IMG/VR virus record: IMGVR_UViG_2799112225_000003
Coordinates: 2,968 to 66,967 of that record
Length of the DNA: 64,000 bases
Origin: a virus
Taxonomy: Duplodnaviria > Caudoviricetes
Strand: one strand, 5' to 3'
Shown: positions 62,940-64,000 of the stretch, in pieces
How positions within the stretch are numbered: position 1 is the stretch's first letter
Layout: the number at the start of each line of letters is the position of its first letter
Notes under the pieces: model-generated
Seen by the model: the letters and a program-made list of their open reading frames with translations, nothing else
Told to the model about the DNA's origin: nothing
The model's database searches: none
Made by a program: the position numbers and the translations under genes

Positions 62940-64000
62940 TGGGCAGAACTCGAGATCGCGCCTCGGCGGCCGGGCTGCTGCCACGCATGGAAGCCCGCCC
63001 CTGGTCGGACGGCAAGACCATCACCTACCGCTTCCACCCTGTCGGGAAGAAGCCGATCAACCTCGGCACCGACCTCGCGGCGGCGCTGCGCAAGGTGCTC
63101 GACATGAACGGAGGCGCGCCGGGCGACGGCATGGGCACGCTCAGCTGGGTATGGGAGCGCTTTCAGAGCTCGCCGCGTTGGAAAAAACTGACACAAGGCA
63201 CCCGCGACGACTACGGCCTGGCGTGGAAGCAAATCAACGACCGGCTCGGCCACATGCACATGACGGAGATCACCACCACCGTTGTGGCGCAGTACGTCCA
63301 CGTCGAGCGCGCCGGTTCGCCGCGGCGGGCGGACATCGAGAAGAGCCTGCTGTCCCGCCTGTTCGGCCATGCGATCAAGCTTGGCGTCTGCACCATCAAC
63401 AGCACCATCGGGGTTGAGCCGCACGGAAGCGAGCCGCGCACCGAGGCGCCCGACCCAGCCATACTCGCTCGGTTCCTTGCCTGGCTCGCCGAGCAGACTC
63501 CCCAGCGACAAGTCATCGGTATGGCGGCGGAGTATGCGAGCTTGGCCGGAAATCGAAAGATCGAATTCCTCGAATTGACTTGGCCGCAGGTGGATCGCGG
63601 TGCGGGGGAAATCCGCGTCTTCAGAGCGAAGCAACGCGGCAAAAAGCGCGAGCGCATCGTGGAAATCATTTCGATAACGCCCGCCCTTGGCGCTCTAATG
63701 GACAGGCTCCAGGCGCTGCACAAAGAGCGCGGCGTGGACTGCCTCTACGTTTTTCCGACCCGGGACAATAACGCCTATACGGCCCGGGGATTTAAAACGC
63801 TTTGGCAGCGATGCGTGTTGCTCGCAATTGAAAAGAAGGTGATCGCCGAGAGCGAAAGATTCACCTTCCACGACCTACGCGCCTACTACGCGACGCTGCA
63901 TAAACAGGTGCATGGCGAATTGCCGGATTTGCACACCAACCCGGCAACCACCGCAAAAGTTTACGACCGCAATAAGGAAGTAAAGCGCTCTGCGCTGTGA
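62939..64000 (+). CDS. int: Tyrosine integrase (353 aa)
   Basis: GNRKIE, K, FHDLR, H...VY catalytic residues. Confidence 0.92.
   Translation: MGRTRDRASAAGLLPRMEARPWSDGKTITYRFHPVGKKPINLGTDLAAALRKVLDMNGGAPGDGMGTLSWVWERFQSSPRWKKLTQGTRDDYGLAWKQINDRLGHMHMTEITTTVVAQYVHVERAGSPRRADIEKSLLSRLFGHAIKLGVCTINSTIGVEPHGSEPRTEAPDPAILARFLAWLAEQTPQRQVIGMAAEYASLAGNRKIEFLELTWPQVDRGAGEIRVFRAKQRGKKRERIVEIISITPALGALMDRLQALHKERGVDCLYVFPTRDNNAYTARGFKTLWQRCVLLAIEKKVIAESERFTFHDLRAYYATLHKQVHGELPDLHTNPATTAKVYDRNKEVKRSAL

Larger units (their letters stand above)
1..64000. mobile_element. Temperate prophage (lambdoid control and recombination modules; N4-like/podovirus virion module); ends not resolved
   Basis: Integrase, cI/cro, terminase, portal, capsid, tail and lysis genes form coherent operons; no host housekeeping genes seen; no att site identifiable within the window. 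Confidence 0.95.

Noticed and set aside
1-64000. attL/attR direct repeats
   Set aside because: Window stops at the integrase stop codon and begins inside an ORF; no flanking repeat identifiable

Overview
The window is almost entirely one temperate prophage of about 64 kb from a high-GC bacterium. A betaproteobacterial (Comamonadaceae-like) host is inferred from GC content, a CTGT-N8-ACAG SOS box and a sigma54 pilA locus. It ends exactly at the stop codon of a tyrosine integrase, and no att site is visible. From right to left it carries: integrase and excisionase; an early operon with ERF and YqaJ recombination genes; a lambda-like cI/cro switch with six operators; a C5 DNA methylase; replication and nin-like genes; terminase, portal, scaffold and an N4-gp56-like capsid; podovirus-type tail and fibre genes; an ejection protein; a 4397-aa DarB-like polyvalent protein; and a holin/SAR endolysin/Rz/Rz1 cassette. 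Accessory insertions include two tandem type IVa major pilins with a sigma54 promoter, an ABC-ATPase + PD-(D/E)xK pair, two HEPN-like genes, a GGQ-less release-factor-like gene, a LexA-boxed gene and an HNH homing endonuclease. The most novel-looking signals are: (1) a phage CsrA-like gene plus two tail-gene leaders of identical design, an AGGA-loop hairpin abutting an RBS/start-occluding hairpin; (2) the pilin pair; (3) three small genes nested in the +1 frame of the giant protein's linkers; (4) a six-copy late-promoter motif that also drives a ~200-nt ncRNA and a highly structured leader. All family assignments come from motif recognition by eye; no database search or folding program was run.
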